Shown: positions 42,030-54,203 of the stretch, piece by piece
Position numbering within the stretch: the stretch's first letter is position 1
Layout of the letters: the number at the start of each line of letters is the position of its first letter
Assembly: GCF_009914755.1 (NCBI RefSeq)
Contig: NC_060925.1
Source of the DNA: the human T2T-CHM13v2.0 reference genome, Homo sapiens
Length of the DNA: 64,000 bases
Direction: 5' to 3' (one strand)
Position numbers and translations under genes: made by a program
The notes under the pieces: generated by a model
Databases searched by the model: none
The model's input: the letters and a program-made list of their open reading frames with translations, nothing else
What the model was told of the DNA's origin: nothing

Positions 42030-42517
42030 TATTTTTTGTTGTTTTAGTTTTGTTTTGTTTTTAGAGACAGTGTCTCACTCTGTTGCCCAGGCTGGAGTAC
42101 AGTGGTGTGATTGTAGCTCACTGCAGCCTTGACCTCCTGGGCTCCAGTGATCCTTCCACCTTAGCCTCCCGAGCGGTTGGGACTGCGGGTGCTCACCACC
42201 ACATTCAGCTAATTTTTTTTTTTTTTTTGAGACAGGGTCTTGCTCTGTTACCCAGGCTGACATGCAGTGGCATGATAATGGCTTATTGTAGCTTCAGCCT
42301 CCTAGGTAGGTTAAAGTTATCCTCCCACCTCAGCCTCCCAAGTAGTTGGAACTAGAGGCACTATAGGCCTCTATCATCATGCCTGGCTATTTTTTTTTGG
42401 TAGAGACAGGGTCTCACTGTGTTGTCCAGGCTGGTCTTGAACTCCTGACCTCAAACGATCCTCCTGCCTTAGTCGCCCGAAGTGCTAGGATTACAGGCAT
42501 GAGCCACCGTGCCGGGC
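42030..42517 (-). mobile_element. Three-arm AluJ composite (left-right-right)
   Basis: Left arm at about 42400-42517, right arm at about 42215-42390, second right arm at about 42030-42212, separated by T-runs. Confidence 0.88.
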
Positions 42518-43708
42518 GCCCCCCCCCTTTTTTATGCTAGTCTTGATCTTGCTTCTTCATCCGTCTTTCTGTTTCCCACACCCATTTGTCTACTTATTAC
42601 TTTTTCCTTTTATAACAACAATATTTGACGTATATATACTCAGTGTGTCTGGTTTTTCTCCTTCCATTCTCTCTGGTACCTACTCAAATCAGGCTTTCCC
42701 CTCAGCTGCTTGTGGTAAGATGGCCAGTAATCATCATATTGGAAAATCCTATTGTCAGTTATTTTCTTTGACTTAGCAGAATTTAACGCAGGTGATTCCC
42801 TCCTCCTGGGAATGCTTTGGTTTTTCCCTTGGCTTGTGGGACACTGCCTTCTCAGGGCTTTCTTCCAACTTTATTAGCCATTTCTCAGCCTCCTTTTCTG
42901 GCTTCTGTTCATTTTTTGGACCCGGAAACATTAGACTACCTCAGGACATAGTCTTTGGACATAGTCCTTGGACTTGGACTTCTTTTCTATTTAACCTCAC
43001 CTTCTTGGTGATGTCTCTAATCTCATCAATTTAAATACCGTCTAGAAACCAGTGACTCCAGATTTACATGTCTACCCCAGGCCTCTTTCCAGAACTCCAG
43101 ACTCAATATTACATTGCCTCCTTGACACTACTTGACTAACAGGCATCTCAAGCTTCTGTTCAAAAGGACGCTTCCCATCACATCTGCCAGCTCTCTTCTC
43201 CCAGCTTTCTCCAGCACCATCGTTCTAGTGGCTCAGCCCAAAACCTTCATCCTTGACTGCTCGTTGTTAAAATTGACTTAGAATCTGGCTACTTTTCACA
43301 CTCTGCCATTTATGGCGCCACCCTTGCCTGGATTACATCCCTGGCCTCCCAGATCGTCTCCTTGCTCTGCCCTAGCACACAGCAGCTGGAACAATCCTGT
43401 TAAATATAAGTCAGGTCCTGAAACTCCTTCACTCTAAACTTTCAAAGCCTCCCCATCTCACTCAGAGCAAAACCCAGAGTCCTGTAAGTGGTCTTAGATG
43501 TTCTGTACCAACTGGTCACATTACCTTCTGGCCTCACCTAGCACCCTCCCCAGCACCCACTCCATCCAGCCACTCTGCCCTTCCAGGCTCCTCAAATACA
43601 CCAAGTGTGCTCCGGCCTTGTAGCTTTCTGCCTGCTGTTCCATCAGTCTAGAATGCTCTTCCCAAGATAGATAGGACTTGCTCCCTCACCTCCTTCAGGT
43701 CCTTTTTA

Positions 43709-44024
43709 TTTATTTTATTTTTAATTTTAATTTTATTTTTTTAGAATCACAGTCTTGCTCTCTCACCCAGGCTCTCTCACCCAGGCTGGAGTGCAGTGGC
43801 ACCATCATAACTCGTTGTCGCCTCAAACTCCTGGACTCAAGCCTCTCAAGTAGCTGGGACTATAGGCACATGCTCTGTGCCTGGCTAATTATTTAATTTT
43901 ATTTTTAGAGGCACGGGGTTTTGCTATGTTGTCCAGGTTGATCCCAAACTCCTGGCCTCATGCAATCCTCTCGCCTCAGCCTCTCTAATCAGTGAGATTA
44001 CAGGCATGAGCCACTACACCCAGC
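43709..44024 (-). mobile_element. AluJ SINE with internal 14-bp tandem duplication
   Basis: TSD tcaggt(c/t)cttttta; gctctctcacccag twice at 43757-43784. Confidence 0.9.
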
Positions 44025-45351
44025 TCAGGTTCTTTTTAAAATGTTGCCTCCTCAGTGAGGATGTCCCTGATCACTCTATTTACGGTTGTGGCACACACAC
44101 CTTCCTTCCAAATACAAATCCACGCTTTTTCTCTTCCTTGGCTGCTTATTATCTCTTAAACATTTATCACCATATAACCATACCATATATTTTATTTGTT
44201 TATTTCATTTGTCTTCCTTCACTGGCATATAAAGGGAGGGATTTTTGTATTTATTTGTTCACCGTTATGTTTCCAGTACCTGCAGTATGGAAGGCTGTCA
44301 ATAAATATATGTTTAAATTGATGAATGAATGACCGAACTCACAGGAAAATCAAGAAAGAATGTGGTGGCTCAGTAGAAGCTCAGCAGTCAGTGGTTCTGG
44401 AGAGAGTTCTTAATATACATGTTCTGCTAATCGGTTTGGTGGAACAAGTGTTCCAAAAAATCTAACGTAAAAATCTCATCTTGTAACTGGATGGATTATA
44501 GGATTAATCATCTTATTAAAGGATAAAAAGAATGTATCTAATTCATTTATTCATCCACTCAACAAATATTTAAGCACCTTCCAAGTGCCTGACGTTGTGC
44601 TACTATAATAGATGAATTCTAATGTGTACATGCATAGGCATTGTTGTTTTGACAGAGACACAAGGAGTAATCCACTTAAACCTAAAGTTAGCGTAGCCAT
44701 AGACACCTCTCAAAATGTTTAAACAGCATTTCTGAAATTAAAGTGTAAAGCAAGTGGAAATTATTAGATCTGCAAATACATACGCTACAGTCATTTTAGC
44801 AATACATCTGTTCTGTAATGTCACTATCATATGATTAAACAGGGAGAATTCATTTCTCCCTTGCTGCATTCCTCCCTGCAGGCTAGCTTAGCTAGGGGCA
44901 CTTCCCCTGCACTTAGCAGACCCCTGGGGAGGAGAGGCAGATGGTATGGCCAGGAGCCTGGCTTGGAGGTCATGGTGTTGTGTTCAGCCATGTCTTTCCC
45001 ACCTTTATAGGAGTGTCCTCTGCCTTGCATCTTTTGGAGCACCAATAGCGGGTTCCCAGATTCTTCCTGGTGAAACTTCTTAAGGACTTAAAAATCCTTA
45101 AAACCAGTTCTCACCATAATTTCCTCTCTCCTGACACCCACTGATTCATTTCAGACTATTACTTTCAATGGGGTGGTTTTAGCCTGCTTATAGATACACA
45201 TGATTTTCTTTCTGAGTTTCCAGATTTTCGTAGGTGCTTTTGTGTGGCAATTTGCAAATACATTTCTGTTTCTTGGTTATTTTGCTTTTAGTTGCATTTT
45301 TATTTTAACTGATCTTGTTGGAAATCACATCCTTCTGGTCATTCATTCCAG

Positions 45352-45771
45352 ATTCCGTGCTTGTGGTGAAGGCGAGGCAGCCAAAGCCTTTCTTTGCTGC
45401 CGGAAATACATTTGAGATGACTTGCAAAGTATCTTCCAAGAATATTAAGTCGCCACGCTACTCTGTTCTCATCATGGCTGAGAAGCCTGTCGGCGACCTC
45501 TCCAGTCCCAATGAAACGAAGTACATCATCTCTCTGGACCAGGATTCTGTGGTGAAGCTGGAGAATTGGACAGATGCATCACGGGTGGATGGCGTTGTTT
45601 TAGAAAAAGTGCAGGAGGATGAGTTCCGCTATCGAATGTACCAGACTCAGGTCTCAGACGCAGGGCTGTACCGCTGCATGGTGACAGCCTGGTCTCCTGT
45701 CAGGGGCAGCCTTTGGCGAGAAGCAGCAACCAGTCTCTCCAATCCTATTGAGATAGACTTCCAAACCTCAG
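45352..45771 (+). CDS. PTGFRN: PTGFRN exon 6: Ig-V domain 5 ((D)SVLVVKARQPK...EIDFQTS)
   Basis: Acceptor cattccag| at 45351, donor |gtgagc at 45772; 420 nt; MTC...DAGLYRC. Confidence 0.97.
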
Positions 45772-45841
45772 GTGAGCAGTGAGCCCTGTTGAATCATAGA
45801 TGGAGTTAGAAGAGACCCTAGGGTTTTGATCAGATGCCCTC

Positions 45842-46375
45842 ATTTTTTAAAACAGCTTTGTTAAGATGCAATTCATATGTCATACAATGTACCTGTTTAA
45901 AGTGTGTAATTCAGTGGCTTTTCATATATTCACAAAGTTGTGTGATCATCACCACGACCAGTTTTAGAACATTTTCATGACCCCAAAAGAAACCTGGACC
46001 CCTTAGCCAATACCCTCCATTCACACTCCATTCCCCACCTCCCATTCTGCAGCAACCATGATCTACTTTCTGTCTCTATACATTTTGCCTATTATGGACA
46101 TTTCACATAAATGGAATATAATATGTGGCCTTTCTATCTGGCTTCTTTTTTGGAGCAAAATGTTTTCAAGGGTCATCCATATTGTAGCATGTATCAGTGC
46201 TTTGTTCATTTTTATGACTGAATAAGATTCCATCGTATGGATATCCCACATTGTGTTTATCCATTCATCAGTTGATGGACATTTGGGTGTTTCCAGTTCT
46301 TGACTGTTACAAATAATGCTGCTGTGGACATTCATGTACAAATTTTTGATGAATGTATGTTTTCATTTCTGCTTT
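45842..46375 (-). mobile_element. L1MB-type LINE 3' end
   Basis: aacagctttgttaagatgcaattc...; minus-strand peptide PKCPSTDEWINTMWDIHTME. Confidence 0.88.
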
Positions 46376-46964
46376 CATTTTAAGAAAATGAGCTGAAGCT
46401 CAGCTACTTCAAATACTTTAGGGAACATAGTGGAGTATAAAGAAAGAGAGGAGGGAATTGAGCCTCCCAAGGTGTTAAATGACTTGCCAAAGTGGAAGAT
46501 CTTTAACATCCTCTGTCTGTGTATGTGTGTGTTTCAGTAGGAAGATGATTTAAAAGTATTTAAACCCCAATCTTATTTAGAATATGAATGCAAAGGATTA
46601 TCATTTGTGAGTTTAATACTAAATGTTTTCACTAACTCTGCCCTGGGTTCCTGGGTTTTAGTTAGAAATTTCTGAATGTATAAATTAATACTTATCTGTA
46701 AAAATTCAGGTGTCAATTGAATCAGTACAATGAATGCAAGATATTTGTTGAATTAAATGATTAGCATTTATATTAAAGGTAAGCTAGACTCTAATAAAGT
46801 TTTTCTATTAATATTATTTTCTATTATTATAGCCTTTTATGGTATATAATATATACCATAGTGAAATAATCTTCTAAGATCTCTTGACCTTTAAATTAAA
46901 GGGTAAATATTGATTTAAGCCCTTAGATTTGGAGAAAGCATAGGCCTCCTTTATTGTGTATCTG

Positions 46965-48870
46965 TTTGTTTTTAATAGCAGCTTTATTGAGATATAACTC
47001 ACATACTATAAAATTTACTATATATAGAGTGTACAATTTAGTGGTTTCTAGTATATTCACAGAGTTGTGCAACTATCACTACTATCTAATTCCAGAACAT
47101 TTTAATCACCTCAAGAAGAAACTCCACTCTCATTAGTAATCATTCCCATGCCCCCATGCCCTTGCCCCTGGCAACCACTAATTTACTTTCTGTCTCTATA
47201 GATTTGCCTCTTCTGGGTGTTTCATATGAATTGAATCATATTATATGTGGACTTTTGTGACTTGCTTTTTTTCACTTAGCATAATGTTTTCAAGGTCCAT
47301 TCCTGTTGTAGCAGGTATCAGTACTTCATTCCTTTTCATGGCTGAATAATATTTCATTGTATGGATATGCCACATTTGTTTATCTGTTCATCTGTTGATG
47401 GACGTTTAGACTATCTCTACTTTTTGGCTATTATGAATAGTGCTGCCGTAAACATTATTATTTGAAAGTATCTTCTCCCATTCTGTGTGTTGTCTTTCAC
47501 TTTCTTAATGATGTCTCTTGAAACATCAAATTTTTAAATTTTGATGAAGTCCAGTTTATCTGTTTTTTTTTTTTCCTTTTGTTGCTTGTGTTTTTGCTGT
47601 GTCTAAGAAATCACTGCCTAATCTAAGGCTGTGAGGATTTACACCTATGTTTTCTTCCAAGAGTTTTATAGTTTTAGGTCTTACATTTTAGGCTATGATT
47701 CATGTTAATTTTTGTATGTGGTTAAGAAGAAGGAATCCAACTTTATTATGTTGCATGGAGATAGCCAGTTGTCCTAGCACCATTTATTGAAAAGTGTATT
47801 ATTTCTCCATTGACTTGTTTTGGCACCCCTGTCAAAAATAATTTAATCATAAATGTAGGGTTTATTTCTAGACTGTCAATTCTATTTCAGTGATCTAGAT
47901 TTCTCTTCTTATACCAATATCACATGGTTTGATTACTGTAGCTTTGTAGTTAGTTTTGAAATCAAGAAGTTGGAGATTTCCAATTTTGTTCTTTTTCAAG
48001 ATTGTTTTGGCTATTTTGGATGCCTGGTACATCCATGTGACTTTTAGGATCCGCCTGTTAATTTCTACAGTCCAGGCATCTGGGACTTTGATGGGGATTG
48101 TGTTAACTCTGTAGATCAATTTGGAAAGCATTGCCATTTAACAATACTGTTTTTCAGTTCATAAACATGGGCTATCTTTCCATTTATTTAGGTATTTAAA
48201 TTTTTTCCATGGTGTTTCGTAGTTTTCAGTGTACAGATCTTGTTTCTTTTGTTAAATTTATCGTAAGTATTTTATTCTTTTTGATGCTATTGTAAATAGA
48301 ATTGCTTTCTGAATTTACTTTTCGGCTTGTTTATTCATTGCAGTTTCATAGAAGTACAACTGGCTTTTGTATATTGATCTTGTATCCTGTGACCTTGCTG
48401 AACTTGTTTATTAATTCTAATTAATTCTAAATTTGGGGGACTTGTTACAATTTTTAAAATACAAGATTATGTCATCTGTGAATAGAACTAGTTTTACTTC
48501 TCTCTTCCAAGCTGAATATCTTCTATTTCTTTTTCTCGAGTAATTGCCCAGCCAGAACCTCCAATACAGTGTTGAATGGAAGTAGCACAAGTGGACATTC
48601 TTGTCTTGTTTCTGATCATAGGGGGAAAGCGTTCAGTCTCATTCACCTTTAACTATCATGTTCACTGTGGGATTTTCATAGATGCCCTTTATCAGATTGA
48701 GGAAGTTTCCTTCCACTCCTAGTGTGTTTCCTTCCATTCTTAGTTTTTTTTTCATTCCTAGTTTGTTGAGTATTTTTGTCATGGAAAGGTGTTGAATGTG
48801 GTCAGATGCTTTTTCTCTGTCTGTTGAGATGAGATTATTATGTGGTTTTTGTCCTTTATTTGTGTATTTG
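46965..48870 (-). mobile_element. L1MB-type LINE, 3' end plus decayed ORF2
   Basis: gcagctttattgagatataactcacatac...; minus-strand peptide MAMLSKLIYRVNTIPIK...LDFKTNYKATVIK is homologous to ORF2p. Confidence 0.9.
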
Positions 48871-51388
48871 TTTTGCTGTCTGTAGGAATCTGTTCCATCT
48901 TGTTTTACATTTGTTATTTGATCTTTCTTTTAAACTCTTATATGGAAAAGGGGAGACACAGAGTATTTTGTATCTATTTCTGGGTGAGGAATGGATGTTG
49001 AGTCTATTCCTCAGTTCTTTAAATCTCAGCATAACAGATAAAACCGCTGTAGCTTCCAGGTTGAATAGATTGCCTAAGGTTTTATTTTATTTAATCCACA
49101 GAGTTGTCATGGCCAGTTCACATTTTAATTAGGAGAAGCTGCCATCAAATTCAGCACCCAGAACAATACTATAGCCCTGAATAGCCACCAGCAAACATTG
49201 ATTTGAAACTGAACAGCCTTTGCTTCCTAAAAATCCGTGACATACCTTAAGACACGCAACAAAGGGGTTCTTCCCATGTTCACCTTCCTGTCCCCTGATT
49301 TCAGGGCACCTGCTTTTTGGTATTAAAAACCAAGGGGCCCTACTGAGTGCTGGGTTTTACTGATTCAAAGTGTCAAGAGGAAAATGGTATTTAAATATGA
49401 TAGTGTAGGCTTTGGCCTTTTAAAAGAAGAATAATAAATTTTTTTCTTCGTAATATATAGAAAATTTGAAAATATAGTAATGTAGAAAGAAGGGAAAGAG
49501 ACTTATCCATCATCCTACCAGAGACTGTTAACTTGTGTTGTTCATCTTCCTAGAATGTTTTTCTTGTATATTTTCTTCATGACTTTGAGATCAAGCTGTA
49601 CATACAATTTTAGGACCTGCTTTTCTCCCTTTAGTGTTATAAGATCAGCACTTTCCATATTGTCACCAATTCTAGGTAAACATTAATACCACGTTTAATG
49701 ACTTTACATACTTGAATTTGCTTAGCCATTACCCTATTGATGGACATGCAGATGGTCTGTAACTTTTGCTTTCATTAAAAAAACTGCCACTAACAGCTTT
49801 TTGTAGAGGCCAAGGTTGGAACATGGTTTATGTCAATGTTTGTATTTAAAAGTTAAGTAGTTCCTATACTCTCTGCAGACTAGGAATTGGGGGACCCCTA
49901 GTGACTCCGGTTGTTCATTTAAACTCTCTGTACCATACCCTGTCATCTGTGAAGTTAACCAGACAAATCCCCTCACAAAAACAGAATTACCACAGAAATT
50001 GACCATAATGAAAATATTTCTAAGCCTGGGATAATGACCCATATTAACAGTGAGCTGCTGATTTCATTAGGAGGAAATCCACTCCTGTGAATAGCTCACC
50101 ACAATGCAGGCCTTTTCCCCAGTCCTTGTCTGCCTTGTGAGCTGCAGCACAAATGCTCTGTTGATTCCCACGTCCAGTAGGGGAAGTGAGAACTGTAACG
50201 TGACCTAGGAGGTATTTGGGTTTTCTTTGGAAACATAAAGAAAAAGTGAAATTTGTTCGAATTAAGTAAGTCTTCTTTGCTGCTTCAAATTAAATAGATA
50301 ATCCATGAGATAAAACCATGAGAATTTCTTAATGTTTTGTCATTTTATGTTCTCTTAGAAGGGGCCTGAGCACTAGAAAAGCCCCTCAGTGTAGTTCTGT
50401 GTATTACCATGAAATTTCTAATCTGAGAAAAATGTGACCCCCCTGCCCGCCCTTGCTCACCATGGTTGCTGCTAACCTGTACTCACTGACAGATGGCCGC
50501 CTATGGCATAAGTGTCCCCAGTCACCACACAGAGCCAACTCCAGGCAGTTTGGCCTAATCCTGCCCCACCTCACTGCTCCAGGCAGAGCAAGTCCAGGGT
50601 ATAAGGCCCGAGGGAGCCAGGGCTGAGAGCTGAGTTAATTGAAGGGGATGATGTCCAGAAGTAGGTCAGGCTTCCTTGTCTTTGCTTTCATCCCTTTCCC
50701 CATTTCCTGGAACAGCCATTCTGTCAATTCTTTATCCCCTTAGAGTTACGTACGCCCCTGCTGTTCCCTGAATAATCAGAACTCTCAGCAGTTTCTACCC
50801 AGAGCTGCCTAACCCCCACTAGGGTTCAATATTCTATAACCATCCTTTACCTTTCTCCCAGGAAAACAAAAAATATTTATATACTTGGTTAGGAAAGCAA
50901 TCTGATGAATTCATCTTATTAGTCATCATGTCGAAATGAAAATATAGCCCTTTCATCATGTTACTCCCTCTGTCATGGCCATTTCTTCTGCAAGTTTAAA
51001 AAAGATACTTTAGGATACTTGTTTCTTTCTGGCAATCTGAACAAGAAGTAGTAATACCTATATTCTTAACTTCTAATGAGTTTTACAGTCAGCACCTAGG
51101 GCCTTCAATCGTTGCTTCCCAGGAAACCCAAGGGGAGTCCCATAGCATTGATGTTCTGTGAATTTCTTTTAGGTTTGCCTTGTTCCTAGATTTTAGGAGT
51201 TGGGATAAAGTAAACATTGAACTCTTAGGATTAGCTAAGCTGAAAGCTATGGAATGTTCTCACCTAAGAGGAATTCATAAGTGAGTTAAAAATAATAATT
51301 CTGCCTGCAGCGTTTTCAGGGAGGCATGTAAGACAAACCCAGTTTGGGTAGGGTTTTTTTGTTTTGTTTTTTAACCAGACTTTATTTT

Positions 51389-52136
<748 letters not shown>

Positions 52137-52653
52137 TCATAGAAATATCATTGTTGACATGTCTGTCTTCTTACCAGATTTCAGCCTCTTGGTAACAGGG
52201 CCCCTTTCCCCAGCACCCAGCACAGTGCAGTGAGACCACTCACTCCACTGGAACCAAAAGCTTTCTTGCTTCAGTCCCTGTTCCTCTGATCCCTAAGCCA
52301 CCCTGGCCTAGAAGTGAACCATGTTGAACTAGAACCAGCCCAGGCTGTTCCAGGGTGGAGGGTAGCTTTCGAATGAGGTCACTGTGGCCACCAGAAAGAA
52401 AAGCCAGAGCAAAAGTAATTCTTTCAGAAGAGTTCTATTTTGGTTGTAATCTTAAGATGAAGCTCACTTGGATGTGCCTAATGCCCATGTCTCTCTGAAT
52501 AGAAGAGAGGCAACCTTGGAACACCTATTTTGTGAGTTTCTAGACCAGTTCCCAGGGAAGAGAACCACATTTTGATGCCCCTTAGAGTGCAAAGAATGGA
52601 ATTTGACAAAAGCATGAAAGAGAATAATGAGGCTGGCATTACTTTTTTTCCAG

Positions 52654-52761
52654 GTCCTATATTTAATGCTTCTGTGCATTCAGACACACCATCAGTAATT
52701 CGGGGAGATCTGATCAAATTGTTCTGTATCATCACTGTCGAGGGAGCAGCACTGGATCCAG
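52654..52761 (+). CDS. PTGFRN: PTGFRN exon 7: N-terminal part of Ig-V domain 6 including RGD ((G)PIFNASVHSDTPSVIRGDLIKLFCIITVEGAALDP)
   Basis: Acceptor tttttttccag| at 52653, donor |gtacct at 52762; 108 nt; joins exons 6 and 8 in frame. Confidence 0.95.
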
Positions 52762-53075
52762 GTACCTCACTCCATCCTCACCCCTTCACCATGTTGCTTT
52801 CTGTAAATGTTTCTCATATCATCCGCACTGTGTTACACAGATGTGGGTTAGGGATAGGATTATCTATTTATCCCCTAACTGCCTGGCCCAGTACTTTGTA
52901 CTCATTAAGTGTTTAATAAATACATGTTGAGTGGATGCATCTATCTGCTAGATGGTTTGGAAATACATCCAGACATTTGAATCTGAGCTGTCAAGACAGT
53001 CAGTGGGGTCACTTCCAGGCCTATTTCAGGCTGATTTGAAACCCACTGGCAGAGTCTAGCTCCTTCTCTTGTGTC

Positions 53076-53175
53076 TTTCATTCATTTATTCATTCAGATA
53101 TTTATTGAGTTCCTTTGGTATACAAGTGCTGCTCTAGATACTGGGAATAGATGAGTGAACAAAATGCCCAAAGTC
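53076..53175 (-). mobile_element. L2 3' end, continuing at about 59321-59470 beyond the L1 insertion
   Basis: ttcattcatttattcattcagatatttattgag...gtgaacaaaatgcccaaagtc // tgtcctcatggagctt rejoins as a contiguous L2 tail. Confidence 0.8.
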
Positions 53176-53479
53176 AGGGGGCAGTTCCAAGATGGCCAAA
53201 TAGGAACAGCTCCAGTCTACAGCTCCCAGCGTGAGCGATGCAGAAGACGGGTGATTTCTGCATTTCCAACTGAGGTATCGGGTTCATCTCACTGGGGCTT
53301 GTTGGGCAGTGGGTGCAGGACAGTAGGTACAGCCCACCGAGCGTGAGCCGAAGCAGGGCAAGGCATCAACTCACCCGGGAAGCGCAAGGGGTTAGGGAAT
53401 TCCCTTTCCTAGCCAAGGGAAGCTGTGACAGACAGCACCTGGAAAATTGGGTCACTCCCACCCTAATACTGCGCTTTTC

Positions 53480-53629
53480 CTATGGTCTTAGCAAACGGCA
53501 CACCAGGAGATTATATCCTGCACCTGGCTCGGAGGGTCCCATGCCCACAGAGCCTCGCTCATTGCTAGCACGGCAGTCTGAGATCGAACTGCAAGGTGGC
53601 AGCGAGGCTGGGGGAGGGGCACCCGCCAT
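53480..53629 (-). pseudogene. L1 ORF0 remnant, 49 codons (MAGAPPPASLPPCSSISDCRASNERGSVGMGPSEPGAGYNLLVCRLLRP*)
   Basis: Manual translation from the CAT at 53627-53629; homologous to primate L1 ORF0 but with TAG at codon 50. Confidence 0.8.
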
Positions 53630-54203
53630 TGCTGAGGCTTAAGTAGGTAAACAGAGCTGCAGGGAAGCTCGAACTGGGTGGAGCCCACTGCAGCTCAAGG
53701 AGGCCTGCCTGCCTCTGTAGACTCCAACTCTGGGGGCAGGGCATAGCCAAACAAAAGGCAGCAGAAACCTCTGCAGACTTAAATGTCCCTGTCTGACAGC
53801 TTTGAAGAGAGTAGTGCTTCTCCCAGCATGCAGCTTGAGATCTGAGAACGGACAGACTGCCTCCCCAAGTGGGTCCCTGACCCCCGAGTAGCCTAACTGG
53901 GAGGAACCCCCCAGTAGGGGCAGACTGACACCTCACATGGCCGGGTACCCCTCTGAGACGAAGCTTCCAGAGGAACGATCAGCAGAAACATTTGCTGTTC
54001 AGCAATATTCGCTGTTCTACAACCTCCACTGCTGATACCCAGGCAAACAGGGTCTGGAGTGGACCTCCAGCAAACTCCAACAGACCTGCAGCTGAGGGTC
54101 CTGACTGTTAGAAGGAAAACTAACAAACAGAAAGGACATCCACACCAAAACCCCATCTCTACGTCACCACCATCAAAGACCAAAGGTAGATACAACCACA
54201 AAG

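Larger units (their letters stand above)
40300..44335 (+). mobile_element. Long L2 LINE relic interrupted by MER5B, a 5S fragment, MER94 and Alus
   Basis: L2 motifs throughout (gactccagatttacatgtc, gaactccagactc, ccatctcactcagag); ends aataaatatatgtt...atgaatgaatga; 5' boundary approximate. Confidence 0.7.

Noticed and set aside
48700-48770. Imperfect triplication of a ttcc...cctagt unit; also short duplications near 35190, 42945, 43757 and 55883
   Set aside because: Ordinary slippage duplications, mostly within decayed repeats, with no spacer structure
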